From Bacteroidales bacterium (GTDB lineage: Bacteria; Bacteroidota; Bacteroidia; Bacteroidales; VadinHA17): a stretch of DNA of 61,853 nt. Numbering within the stretch: position 1 is the first letter of the stretch; the number at the start of each line of letters is the position of its first letter. The notes under the pieces are model-generated. The model was not told where the DNA came from, did not search any database, and saw only the letters and a program-made list of their open reading frames with translations. This document shows, in pieces, positions 31,801 to 39,769 of the stretch. The stretch lies in NCBI GenBank assembly GCA_021163295.1, contig JAGGXD010000142.1, positions 1 to 61,853 of the forward strand, given 5' to 3'. The translations under genes and the position numbers were made by a program.

Positions 31801-32727
31801 GATGATACTCAGCAGGACTGGGTTATAACTGTAACCATTGCTACATCCACACCTGTAATTATTTCTTCGTTCCCCTACCAGGAAGATTTTGAGACCGGTG
31901 ATGGAGACTGGTATACCGGAGGCACTAATTCTTCATGGGAACATGGAATCCCCTCTGCAGCACAAACAATAAACTCAGCAGCGTCAGGCAGTTATGCATG
32001 GGTTACAGATCTTACCGGTGATTATAACCCTGATGAGGTTTCTTATGTTACAAGTCCGCAATTTGACCTTTCATCTCTGGATTTCCCGAAAATTGAATTT
32101 AGTATATGGTGGTATGCAGAAGGATTCTATGACGGAGCAAACCTTCAGTATAAGGAAGGCACAGGTGCTTGGAAAACATTAGGTATAAACGAAGGTGATG
32201 ATAGCTGGTACAATAGTTCGTATTTGTATTCGATTGAAAAAGGATTCGGGTTTGACCTGAATAATTCAGCCGGCTGGTCGGGTGATGATGAATGGGGTTA
32301 TGGGAGTGACGGATGGGTAACTGTTGATCATGCGCTTACCGGCTTTGATTATCAGTCTGCCAACGTTACATTCCGGATCGGTTTTGCATCTAACAACGAT
32401 TATGAAAATGAAGGAGTTGCAATTGATGATATAAATATTTATGATGATCCTACCGGAATTGATCCTCTTGAAACAGGACTGTCAGATATTCAGATTTATC
32501 CAAATCCGAATGAAGGCACCTTCACACTGGTATATAACGGCGAAAGGGATATTGATTTGAAACTGCAACTTATCAATCTCCAGGGACAGGTTATTTTATC
32601 AGAAAAGATAGAAGCGGGTTACAGATTCAGCAAAGAATTTGAACTCGATTATTTGCCTCCTGGTTTATATTATTTCAGGTTAATGCATAAGGAGGGTGTT
32701 GTTGTGAAGAAGATGGTTGTTAGATAG
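25825..32727 (+). CDS. Giant mosaic cell-surface protein with a T9SS-type C-terminal sorting domain
   Basis: 2300 aa with a signal peptide. Domain order is: 2 x FISUMP-type domain (IWMAENL..YGALYTW..CP.GWH.PS..EW..L..GGKLK..SGF.ALPGGYR..SVRCV) separated by an SprB-like repeat, a plant-type LRR run, an Ig-like module (DSGTYTC), and a CARDB-like segment. These are followed by about 9 regulator-propeller repeats, MAM-like domains, 3 x 96-aa repeats, and the C-terminal IQIYPNPNEGTFTL...LPPGLYYFRL sorting signal. Confidence 0.85.
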   Translation: MKKIILALFTFCVLTGFLKAQNTVTDFDGNTYQTVLIGNQIWMAENLKSTHYADGTPLVWGTGAGDITGDYTTKYHFWYNDDSVTYADTYGALYTWAAVMNGAASSNNNPSGVQGVCPDNWHMPSDSEWKELEMYLGMSQTSTDSTGWRGTDEGGKLKEAGTTHWNSPNTGATNESGFTALPGGYRDIIGDFHDILLNGRWWSTTEIDTDLAWYRYLLFTYIRVARYDSYKAGGISVRCVMDIDTLAISLIGTDITSIKGTDGSIDLTVSGGLSPYTYSWSTSETTEDISGLSAGVYFVTVTDARDSTATDSIRVYDTFVDDRDAQVYKAITIGDQIWMAENLNATHYANGTPLVDGTGVGNITGDYTTKYYFWYYDDSVTYADTYGALYTWAAAMNGATSSNNNPSGVQGVCPNGWHLPSDTAWKELEMYLGMIQNDVDNSGWRGTDEGGKLKEIGTTHWISPNTGATNESGFKALPGGYRNYDGDFNGIVSFGGWWSSTEASSAYAWNRAVSYAASSIYRYGSYFMNLGSSVRCVKTYTLYTDSLALVALYDSTDGANWTNKSEWLTGPVSTWNGITVSGDRVTEISLVNNNLVGTIPAEIWNMTNLSNLTLFWNQISGTIPPEIGNLTNLEHLDLKANQLTGSIPHEITNLSNLANLILASNQFTGSIPPEIGNLTNLTYLALNSNQLTGSIPTEIGNLINLIYLSLSSNQLTGSIPSEIGNLTNLTQLYLFSNQLSDPVPSEITNLTSLQIFSINVNQLTGLPDLSPIATLSEFNASTNQLTFRDIEPNIGVASNFFYYSPQDSVGEIIDTTVYTGTSFTLLVSTGGANSQYQWKKNGVSIGSLSSDSTYTINPVTLADSGTYTCDITNSVATELTLYSRPQNVTVEVKLCDMISNWEDVTPPWKSSAPGTFIVDTIVNPDKTGINPSDSCAKLITTTDDNEYMWYDLPGTEIWSFDRHPVYKLMVNAPTEGDVVLRFENSNNSVRVSRQAHYNNPGTWEELTFDFTGVVRDSLVRMAVYPDNGGTTEGNDWYIDEIKHCDLHLNAGIVDLIIPNPGCGLTNSEPITVLITNFGIDPISNFDVSYQIDNGTVITETVTSIIDPGDTLTHTFGTNVNLYTTEFYKEYSFSANTMLTGDEGPDNDQYNEVINVYGNYTDREGWTTYSICDGMAGDGGTTGVVEDGSGNIWVGTGDAGVNVYNGSSWITYDTANSPLTSNAVETLYADDLGNVWIGTWKDEGGVCKYDGSTWTIYTTENSGIAGNEVEEVIKDSNGNYWFATWNDGISKYDGTTIWTTYNTGNSGLVGDYTNAITEDSNGNIWVGTESGASKFDVTGDTWTTFDMVNSGLGSDYIYAVKEDNQGNIWFGTDGGGISKLNGTTWTTYTTSNSDFPNNRVFSIMADSNGNVWFGTFGRGAVKYDGTNWIIYNEENGLATRSSNSGSIYFWGDIFKDSNGNIWFPAYNGLSKKEPVNIEIYKIEYNYSTCNGTDDGTITIYALAENPPLQYSIDGGSTYQSDSAFTSLSPGTYPINVTDGVNTVSTDTVVLMDFENISTYPFIENFDSYAVNSTSFDYGWFNESTNNLDWMVSSGTTPSVETGPETDQSGGGNYLYLEASGNFLVQSSIISPCFDISGLSNPKLKFYYHMFGSDMGTLSLDIYSGGAWINDVVIISGDQGNQWVQDSVNLVPYGGIVKLRFRGITGDAFRSDIAIDNIEVTGTSNEKDILTYSFAEQTGPATINAVNHTLDIEVALGTDVTALVATFTISALANITISTTSQVSGVTSNNFSSPVTYTVTAEDGSTQDWVVTVTVTLALSSENDILSFSFAEQTGTATINDVNHTVDIEVVYGTDVSALTATFTISALANITVSTTSQVSGVTSNNFSSPVTYTVTAEDGSTQDWVVTVTVALALSSENDILSFSFPEQTGGATIDAVNYTVDIEVGNGTNLSNLVASFTISNLATIEISGTAQVSGVTSNNFTNPVTYTVTAEDDTQQDWVITVTIATSTPVIISSFPYQEDFETGDGDWYTGGTNSSWEHGIPSAAQTINSAASGSYAWVTDLTGDYNPDEVSYVTSPQFDLSSLDFPKIEFSIWWYAEGFYDGANLQYKEGTGAWKTLGINEGDDSWYNSSYLYSIEKGFGFDLNNSAGWSGDDEWGYGSDGWVTVDHALTGFDYQSANVTFRIGFASNNDYENEGVAIDDINIYDDPTGIDPLETGLSDIQIYPNPNEGTFTLVYNGERDIDLKLQLINLQGQVILSEKIEAGYRFSKEFELDYLPPGLYYFRLMHKEGVVVKKMVVR
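27595..28190 (+). repeat. 72-bp (24-codon) periodic leucine-rich-repeat coding array inside the giant gene
   Basis: Repeated NL(T/S)NLxxLxLxxNQLTGSIPxEIG units are visible at both protein and DNA level. Confidence 0.8.
30988..31851 (+). repeat. Three tandem 288-bp (96-codon) coding repeats inside the giant gene
   Basis: Units start at 30988, 31276 and 31564 (AGC AAT/AGT GA. ...), exactly 288 bp apart. Units 1 and 2 differ at about five positions over about 195 nt (31111-31304 vs 31399-31592). Confidence 0.9.
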
Positions 32728-33282
32728 TTAACTAACAGTTGCCACCTCTTTAATAATTTCCATTCCACGGTGAATAGCTTTTTCATTAACAGGAATCATG
32801 TGGTGGTATCTTTCAGGTAGTGACTTTTTGAGACCTTTTATTACACTTTCTAGTTTAAAAAGCTTCTTAACTTTAAGGTAACCACCCAGAACAATCATAT
32901 TAAAAGTTTTAGTGGATCCCATCTTTGTTGCCTCCTCGGCGGCATCAATTCTGTATATATTTATATCTTTCCTTTCGGGGTGTCGTGTTATCCCGTTTCC
33001 GTCATATATAAGTAAGCCACCCGGTTTAACAGCAGACTCAAATTTATCCATTGATTGCTGGTTAAGAATAATAGCTGTATCGAATGAATTTATGATGGGA
33101 GAGCTTATTCTTTCATCGCTCAGAATTACCGTAACATTAGCAGTCCCACCTCTCATTTCGGGTCCGTATGAAGGCATCCAACTCACTTCCTGTCCTTCCA
33201 TTACACCAGAATAACAGAGTATCTTACCCATCGATAAAACGCCCTGTCCGCCAAAACCTGCAATGATGATCTCTTCAGTCAT
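32728..33282 (-). CDS. 2-oxoacid:ferredoxin oxidoreductase, gamma subunit
   Basis: IIIAGFGGQGVLSMGKIL N-terminus, 184 aa, last gene of the delta-alpha-beta-gamma string. Confidence 0.85.
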   Translation of the reverse strand: MTEEIIIAGFGGQGVLSMGKILCYSGVMEGQEVSWMPSYGPEMRGGTANVTVILSDERISSPIINSFDTAIILNQQSMDKFESAVKPGGLLIYDGNGITRHPERKDINIYRIDAAEEATKMGSTKTFNMIVLGGYLKVKKLFKLESVIKGLKKSLPERYHHMIPVNEKAIHRGMEIIKEVATVS

Positions 33283-33311
33283 GATTTATATTTTTTTATT
33301 AATGATTAAAC

Positions 33312-34109
33312 CTATTCTTCAGGAACTTTCATATCCCCCAGGGGATAAAAAGGAATCATATTATCAGCCATCCAATTATTTGATTCCACAGGGGTCATTT
33401 TCCAGCCTGAAGGACAATTAGAAACTATCTCAACAAAGCAAGTTCCTTTATTAAGAGCCTGATATTCAAAAGCCTTCCTTATTGCCTTTTTTGCTTTTCT
33501 TACATTACCGGGTGTATGCACCGATTGTCTTGAAACAAAATATGTACCCGGTAAATTTACAACAAGGTCGGTCATTTTAATCGGATTTCCCATCAGGGAG
33601 ACTTCCCGTCCAAATGGTGTTGTTGATGATTTCATACCTACAAGTGTTGTAGGTGCCATCTGTCCGCCTGTCATCCCGTAAATTCCATTATTAATGAAAA
33701 TCATCGTGATATTTTCTCCACGGTTACAGGCATGTATCGTTTCGGCTGTACCTATTGCGGCAAGGTCCCCGTCTCCCTGGTAAGTAAAAACAACTTTTTC
33801 GGGAAGGAGACGCTTAATGGCTGTTGCAACAGCAGGGGCGCGACCATGTGCAGCCTCTTGCATATCAACGTCCATATAGTTATACATTAGCACAGAACAT
33901 CCCACAGGAGCAACACCAATAGTTTCAGACTGTATATCCATCTCTTCAATAATCTCAGCAATAAGTCTGTGTGTTGTACCATGACCGCAACCGGGACAGT
34001 AGTGCAACTCATCATTAGTAAGCAATCTGGTTTTTTGATAAACCAGGTTTTCTTCTTTGATCAATTCCTTTGTTGTAATAGAATTTTCAGCCATGTATCT
34101 ATCCTCCAA
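33312..34109 (-). CDS. 2-oxoacid:ferredoxin oxidoreductase, beta (TPP-binding) subunit
   Basis: CPGCGHG motif and GDGD...NNGIYGMTGGQ TPP-binding motif. Confidence 0.9.
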   Translation of the reverse strand: MEDRYMAENSITTKELIKEENLVYQKTRLLTNDELHYCPGCGHGTTHRLIAEIIEEMDIQSETIGVAPVGCSVLMYNYMDVDMQEAAHGRAPAVATAIKRLLPEKVVFTYQGDGDLAAIGTAETIHACNRGENITMIFINNGIYGMTGGQMAPTTLVGMKSSTTPFGREVSLMGNPIKMTDLVVNLPGTYFVSRQSVHTPGNVRKAKKAIRKAFEYQALNKGTCFVEIVSNCPSGWKMTPVESNNWMADNMIPFYPLGDMKVPEE

Positions 34110-35166
34110 TAATTTTTTGTTTCAACGCTTCAACAATTTCATCAGGAGTAGGAATAATACCTCCCATCCTGCCATAATGATTCACTTTAACTTTTCCCTC
34201 TACTGCAAGCCTGACATCTTCAACCATCTGTCCTGCACTCATCTCTACAGAAAGCATTCCCTTCACTTGCCCTGCCATCTCCCTGATCTCATTATATGGA
34301 AATGGCCATAAAGTTATAGGTCTGAATAAACCAATCTTAATTCCTTCTTCTCTTGCCATCTGCATTGATTTCTGGCATATTCGTGAACTTGTTCCATAAG
34401 CGACAAAAAGATATTCAGCATCATCACACTGTATCTTTTCATATCTCACTTCCTTCTTGCAGATTTCCTTGTATTTAGCTTGCAATTTATTATTAAACCT
34501 TTCCTGTCTGGCAGGATCCAGGTCCAATGATGTAATTATATTTCTTTCCCTGTCTGGTGTTTTTCCTGTGGTAGCCCAGTCGGGCGACTTTTTATTTCTT
34601 GGTTGTTGTGGTTTGAATTTTACCTTTTCCATCATTTGTCCAATAGCACCATCGGATAGGATCATAACCGGATTCCGGTATTTAAAAGCCAGGTCATACC
34701 CAAGACTAACAAAATCGGCCATTTCCTGAACTGAAGCAGGAGCCAGAACTATCAGATTATAATCTCCATGCCCCCCTCCTTTTGTCGATTGGAAATAATC
34801 CGATTGAGATGGCTGAATAGTACCCAATCCGGGTCCGCCACGAACCACATTCACAATAAGACAGGGTAATTCAGACCCTGCTATATAGCTTATCCCCTCC
34901 TGCATCAGACTTATTCCCGGGCTGGATGAGGATGTCATAACTTTTTTACCGGCACCTGCACCTCCATATAGCATATTAATTGAAGCAACCTCACTTTCAG
35001 CCTGAAGTAATACCATTCCTGTTCTTTCCTGGGGTTTGGCAGCAGCAAGATATTCAATTACCTCAGATTGTGGAGTAATAGGATACCCAAAATAACCGTC
35101 AGTTCCCGCACGAATAGCTGCTTCAGCTATCGCCTCATTTCCTTTCATTAAAACAAATTCTTCCAT
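34099..35166 (-). CDS. 2-oxoacid:ferredoxin oxidoreductase, alpha subunit
   Basis: MKGNEAIAEAAIRAG..YFGYPITPQSE N-terminus, typical of POR/KOR/VOR alpha subunits. Length is 355 aa. Confidence 0.9.
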   Translation of the reverse strand: MEEFVLMKGNEAIAEAAIRAGTDGYFGYPITPQSEVIEYLAAAKPQERTGMVLLQAESEVASINMLYGGAGAGKKVMTSSSSPGISLMQEGISYIAGSELPCLIVNVVRGGPGLGTIQPSQSDYFQSTKGGGHGDYNLIVLAPASVQEMADFVSLGYDLAFKYRNPVMILSDGAIGQMMEKVKFKPQQPRNKKSPDWATTGKTPDRERNIITSLDLDPARQERFNNKLQAKYKEICKKEVRYEKIQCDDAEYLFVAYGTSSRICQKSMQMAREEGIKIGLFRPITLWPFPYNEIREMAGQVKGMLSVEMSAGQMVEDVRLAVEGKVKVNHYGRMGGIIPTPDEIVEALKQKIIGG

Positions 35167-35197
35167 TCTTTAAGGAATATTTAATGATTAAATAATT

Positions 35198-35422
35198 CTA
35201 TATTTTTTTTCTGTAAACAGTAATTACGCCGTCAGGACATACAATGGCACAATTAGTACATCCGGTGCATGCATCCGGATTCGCCATATAGGCATAATGA
35301 TAACCTTTATCATTTACGTTACCGGAAAGGGAAATAACTTCAGTCGGACATGCCTCAATGCAAAGTTCACACCCTTTACATCTGTCAATATCAACTACAA
35401 TTGCACCTTTTATTTTTGCCAT
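35198..35422 (-). CDS. 2-oxoacid:ferredoxin oxidoreductase, delta subunit (2x[4Fe-4S] ferredoxin)
   Basis: Two CxxCxxCxxxCP motifs (CKGCELCIEACP, CTGCTNCAIVCP) in 74 aa. Confidence 0.85.
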   Translation of the reverse strand: MAKIKGAIVVDIDRCKGCELCIEACPTEVISLSGNVNDKGYHYAYMANPDACTGCTNCAIVCPDGVITVYRKKI

Positions 35423-35572
35423 TTTATGATTATGTTTTTTTTGTAAGGCCTCAAAGATAAAAATAACCTTAAAAACACCATATGATAATCATCATTCATT
35501 CTGCTGTTAAAAAACAGATCGGCTATTCTGGTTATCCACCTTCGTTACCACTACGGTGGACGAAGCTGGGTA

Positions 35573-36901
35573 CTAGGTGCTGGATACTGGGTGGTCCTGA
35601 TGAAATCGTTTGAGCCTGTACTCAAGATCACTATAACGGTCACTACCTGTCTGAGACACGCATGCTCTTACACCCTCAATCCTGTCACTACCTGTAATCT
35701 CGAGTGATATTGCACTAATACCATAATAAAGTAATTCTTCCAGCAATTCTGCTCCGGTAAAACCCGGATATGAAAATGTGAAATAGAATCCGTCTGCCAA
35801 AGGTTTATCTACATCAGTGTCGTATACAATTTCAAACCCACTATCAGTAAACATCTTTTTCATTATTCCGGCTCTCACAGCATACTCCTTGACGCCCTCA
35901 ACAAAATTGAATCTGCCTTCATTTGCTTCTTTCAAGATAGCCCTTAGTCCCCATTGTGCCGAATGTGATACTCCGGCTGAAAGCGCATACAAAGCTCCAT
36001 ATATCATCGAATAACCAAACTGATCGGTTTTATGGTAGCGTTTCAGATCAGGATATCTCCGGTTAAACAGTTGATCAGAAATAACCATCATCCCAATTCT
36101 CTGTCCTGCATAACTAAATACTTTAGAGCTTGAAATAAGTAAAAGATAATTATCAGTGTAATTAGCCACTGTCGGTTGAAACGGAGGAATGCCGGGTTTT
36201 GACATATCCTGTCTGAAATCCATAGCAAAATATGCCAGGTCTTCCACTACAATAGCATCATACTTATTAGCCATTTCTCCGATAATTTGTAATTCTTCTT
36301 CAGTAAAACATATCCAGGTAGGATTATTTGGATTAGAATACATAATAGTTGAAACCTTACCCGTTTTCAGGTATGACTCAAGCTTTTTTCTCAATTTTTT
36401 TCCCCTGAAATTGTAAACATCAAACGAGCGATAATCATGTCCCAATACCCTTATCTGTTGTTTCTGAACCGGAAACCCGGGATCGATAAACAGAGTTCCC
36501 TCACGGGTTTGATCATTCCTGTTAGCCACCATAAAAGCAGCCATCCCTCCCATCATTGTTCCAACCGTTGGAATACATCCCTCAGATCTTACATCAATAT
36601 TTATAAATAATTTTACGAACCTGGAAATTTCTTCTTTAAGTTCTTTCACTCCTTCGATCATAGGATATTTTGAAGCCACACCTTTTTTAAGAGCCTCTAT
36701 CTCTGCGGCAACACCTGCAGGAACTGGCTCCAAACCTGGCACTCCCATCTCCATTCTGATAAACTGTTCACCTGTTGCTTCCTCAATCCGGTTTACCAAC
36801 CTGACAATCTCACGGATTGTCGCACTTCCAATATCCGGTAAACCACTCTCTTTTATTAACCTTGAAACAATTGTTTTGTCAATTGGTGTATTTTTTTTCA
36901 T
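35573..36901 (-). CDS. Class I/II PLP-dependent aminotransferase
   Basis: 442 aa. SNPNNPT and SSSKVFSYAGQRIG (PLP-lysine context) motifs are present. Confidence 0.8.
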   Translation of the reverse strand: MKKNTPIDKTIVSRLIKESGLPDIGSATIREIVRLVNRIEEATGEQFIRMEMGVPGLEPVPAGVAAEIEALKKGVASKYPMIEGVKELKEEISRFVKLFINIDVRSEGCIPTVGTMMGGMAAFMVANRNDQTREGTLFIDPGFPVQKQQIRVLGHDYRSFDVYNFRGKKLRKKLESYLKTGKVSTIMYSNPNNPTWICFTEEELQIIGEMANKYDAIVVEDLAYFAMDFRQDMSKPGIPPFQPTVANYTDNYLLLISSSKVFSYAGQRIGMMVISDQLFNRRYPDLKRYHKTDQFGYSMIYGALYALSAGVSHSAQWGLRAILKEANEGRFNFVEGVKEYAVRAGIMKKMFTDSGFEIVYDTDVDKPLADGFYFTFSYPGFTGAELLEELLYYGISAISLEITGSDRIEGVRACVSQTGSDRYSDLEYRLKRFHQDHPVSST

Positions 36902-36920
36902 TTTTCAAAATTCTTTATAG

Positions 36921-38978
36921 TTACTTTTTTACACAAATCCGTGCATCAATAGCAACGATTTTTTTCGGTGTTCCCAGCACGGGGTTCAGATCCATCTCAC
37001 TTATTTCAGGTGCTATATCCACTAGTTTTGCCACCCGGATAATTAATTCAATAAATTTTTTTTCGTCAACTCCTTTTTGTTTCCTCGCTCCCTTAATAAT
37101 TCCATATCCTTTTAAATTTCTAACCATTTTCTTTGCCTCTTCAAAACATAATGGAGCAAGACCGGATTGAACATCTTTCAAAACTTCAATAAAAATACCT
37201 CCCAGTCCGCACATAACCAGGTGACCGAACTTATCTTCCTTTTTGGCACCAACAAATAATTCAATCCCTGCGAGCATAGGCTGTAATAAAACTGCTTTCG
37301 CCCCTTTAATCTTCATCATTAACTTAAATGTCCTTCGAATCTCTTCATCACCTTTCACATTCAGAGCTACTCCTCCGACATCCGATTTATGTAAAGGACC
37401 AACAACCTTCATTACCAATGGATAACCCAATCTTTCAGAAACTTTTTCAGCTTCCACTTCAGTAGTAACTACCTCTTCCTGCACACGTGGGATTCCGGCA
37501 GCATCCAGCAATTGCTGAACTTTTTCAGGTACCAGGTAACCATTTTCTGCATTATTAATAATTTCCCTGATCCTTTTCTGCTCCATAGCAGGAAAGTTCT
37601 CTGCTTCCGCTACCGGTTCAGGAATAAAATACACTTTGGATAATGCTCTTCCCAATGCTACTTCGTCAGGAAAATTGATCCGTCCTTTCGACAAGAAAAA
37701 TTTTATTTCATCCTTCACGTTGATTATTGAAGGCAATACCGGAAAAATCGGTTTTTTACATGTTTCCATTTTCCGATGAAGCACTTCATACACATCATAT
37801 ACAGGCAATAATCCCGGACTGCCAAAAATAACTACCATTCCATCAATATGGTTAAAATCGTTCTCAACAGCATCAATAATTAATCCGAGTTGTTCAGCAT
37901 TACCGGTTGCGAGAAAATCTATCGGGTTTGCCACAGAGGAACCGGCATGCAATTTATTAAGTAAATCATCAGCCTTTCCTCCCTTAATTTCAGGAACGCT
38001 CATTTCCCCATCCGAGAGAGTATCTGTAAGCATAACAGCCGGTCCGCCTGCATGTGTTATAACAGCAATGTTTTTCCCATGCAATTTTTTATGCATAAAT
38101 ACAGAGGCAACAACTGTGAGTTCCTCCCGGCTATGGCACCTGACAATTCCGGCTTTTCTAAACAAAGCATCTGCAGCAGTATCCGAACCGGCCAATGCAC
38201 CCGTATGAGATGATGCAGCACGGCTACCGGCATCAGAACTTCCGGCTTTTATTGCAGCTATCTTACATCCCTTCCTGATAAGTGAAGAGGCATGTTTGAG
38301 TAACATCTGTGGCTTATTAATGCTTTCAATATATAATAATTTTACCCTGGGTGTGGTTTCCGGATCGAAACTCTCATCCATATATTTTAATACATCCTCA
38401 ACACCAAGCTGGGCACTGTTGCCTACTGAATATACACTGGAAAAAGTTAAACCATTAGGTATTCCTGCCTCCATAATAAATACAGCTGTTGCGCCCGATC
38501 CGGAAATAAAATCACATCCGGCCGGATCCAGCTTTGGGATTGGAGTAGTAAATACTCCATTGTAATTCTGATTAAGAAAACCTACACAATTTGGACCAAT
38601 CAGACATCCATTCACTTGGTTTACAGCACCTACCATCTGTTTTTCTAAAATGGCACCTTCTTCGTTCTCTTCGCTAAATCCGGCAGAGAGTACAATAAAT
38701 GCCCTTGTATTTTTATTTTTAGCCAGGTATTCAATTGTTCCCGGGCAATATTTCGCTGCAATAGCTAATATTGCAAGGTCTGTTTCAGGAAGATCATCCG
38801 GATTCTTATACGACCTTATTCCCTGTATCTTATCTGCTTTAGGATTTGAAACATATAAATCACCCTCATATCCGCCATCCAGTATATTCTTCAACAACTT
38901 TCCCCCCGGTTTGGATAGATCTTCAGAGCCACCGACAATTACAATACTGCGTGGATTAACCAATTGCTGATTGATCAT
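36921..38978 (-). CDS. ADP-forming acyl-CoA synthetase (fused alpha/beta; NDP-forming acetyl-CoA synthetase family)
   Basis: N-terminal CoA-binding fold (IVIVGGSEDLSKPGG), phosphohistidine context ASSHTGALAGS, and a C-terminal ATP-grasp region. Length is 685 aa. Confidence 0.85.
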   Translation of the reverse strand: MINQQLVNPRSIVIVGGSEDLSKPGGKLLKNILDGGYEGDLYVSNPKADKIQGIRSYKNPDDLPETDLAILAIAAKYCPGTIEYLAKNKNTRAFIVLSAGFSEENEEGAILEKQMVGAVNQVNGCLIGPNCVGFLNQNYNGVFTTPIPKLDPAGCDFISGSGATAVFIMEAGIPNGLTFSSVYSVGNSAQLGVEDVLKYMDESFDPETTPRVKLLYIESINKPQMLLKHASSLIRKGCKIAAIKAGSSDAGSRAASSHTGALAGSDTAADALFRKAGIVRCHSREELTVVASVFMHKKLHGKNIAVITHAGGPAVMLTDTLSDGEMSVPEIKGGKADDLLNKLHAGSSVANPIDFLATGNAEQLGLIIDAVENDFNHIDGMVVIFGSPGLLPVYDVYEVLHRKMETCKKPIFPVLPSIINVKDEIKFFLSKGRINFPDEVALGRALSKVYFIPEPVAEAENFPAMEQKRIREIINNAENGYLVPEKVQQLLDAAGIPRVQEEVVTTEVEAEKVSERLGYPLVMKVVGPLHKSDVGGVALNVKGDEEIRRTFKLMMKIKGAKAVLLQPMLAGIELFVGAKKEDKFGHLVMCGLGGIFIEVLKDVQSGLAPLCFEEAKKMVRNLKGYGIIKGARKQKGVDEKKFIELIIRVAKLVDIAPEISEMDLNPVLGTPKKIVAIDARICVKK

Positions 38979-39043
38979 AAATAATTGTTTTTTTCAAAAA
39001 TACCAAATTTTAACATGTATTAAGATTGTTTAATAACATTTTA

Positions 39044-39092
39044 TTCAGTCTTCAGCCGGCAGTCTTTAGTCTGCGGTCTTCAGTCGGCAGTC
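39044..39092 (+). repeat. 7 x heptad array (TTCAGTC TTCAGCC GGCAGTC TTTAGTC TGCGGTC TTCAGTC GGCAGTC)
   Basis: Read directly. It lies in the divergent spacer between the acyl-CoA synthetase gene and the 39244 gene. It ends in CAGTCAGCAAAAA, like the 12369 array. Confidence 0.9.
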
Positions 39093-39243
39093 AGCAAAAA
39101 AGCAATAGCATAAACATTATATCATTCACGCATTTAATCATTTTTGCATTCCAAACTTCAAACTCTGAAGAGCTACCAATCAATAAATTATTATCTTGCA
39201 GAACCTATTTATTTTTGTTTTACATTTTAATACTATCAGGACT

Positions 39244-39654
39244 ATGAAACGATTTACCATCTCATTTCTTACTCTTTTCTTATTATGGACCCTTCAGCCC
39301 GGGTTGCTTCATGCCAAAGATCCTATGAAAACTTATGTAGGCACATGGGAATTCACAGCTGAACAAGCTCCATTTGGATACCAGGCAGGAACTATGACCT
39401 TTGAAATTAAGGAGAATAAACTAACAGGTTATCTTAAGTTTTCAGAAACCGAATATGTTATTAATTTTCAGAATATTGAAATTAATGACGGGGGTATAAC
39501 ACTTGAGATAACTGTTGAATATGAACAGGTTCCGATAAGAGGATCGGTTAAAGATAATGTATTTACAGGTACTGCAGCTTCCCCTGAGGGACCAGTTAGT
39601 TTTTCAGCAACCAGGGTAGTATTAAGTAAAAAGTCAAAAGTCAAAAGTGAATAA
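39244..39654 (+). CDS. Small exported hypothetical protein
   Basis: The ORF track starts at 39196. The internal Met at 39244 gives a clean signal peptide (MKRFTISFLTLFLLWTLQPGLLHA). Confidence 0.5.
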   Translation: MKRFTISFLTLFLLWTLQPGLLHAKDPMKTYVGTWEFTAEQAPFGYQAGTMTFEIKENKLTGYLKFSETEYVINFQNIEINDGGITLEITVEYEQVPIRGSVKDNVFTGTAASPEGPVSFSATRVVLSKKSKVKSE

Positions 39655-39738
39655 TGAAGAGTTTAGTAAGGGGAGTAGGTGAGTAAGAAAGAAAAGAAAT
39701 GAGTGAATGATAAAATAATTTAAGTTATTTACTTATTG

Positions 39739-39759
39739 GTGACTGTTGGCTGCCGGCTG
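39739..39759 (-). repeat. 3 x degenerate heptad array (CAGCCGG CAGCCAA CAGTCAC on the minus strand)
   Basis: Read directly. It lies 10 nt downstream of the rex paralogue 1 stop. Confidence 0.75.
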
Positions 39760-39769
39760 ATTTGTTATT

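Noticed and set aside
39026-39247. 73-aa ORF spanning the 7 x heptad array.
   Set aside because: Its sequence is simply the translation of the tandem repeat plus AT-rich spacer. It overlaps the better-supported signal-peptide start at 39244 in another frame.
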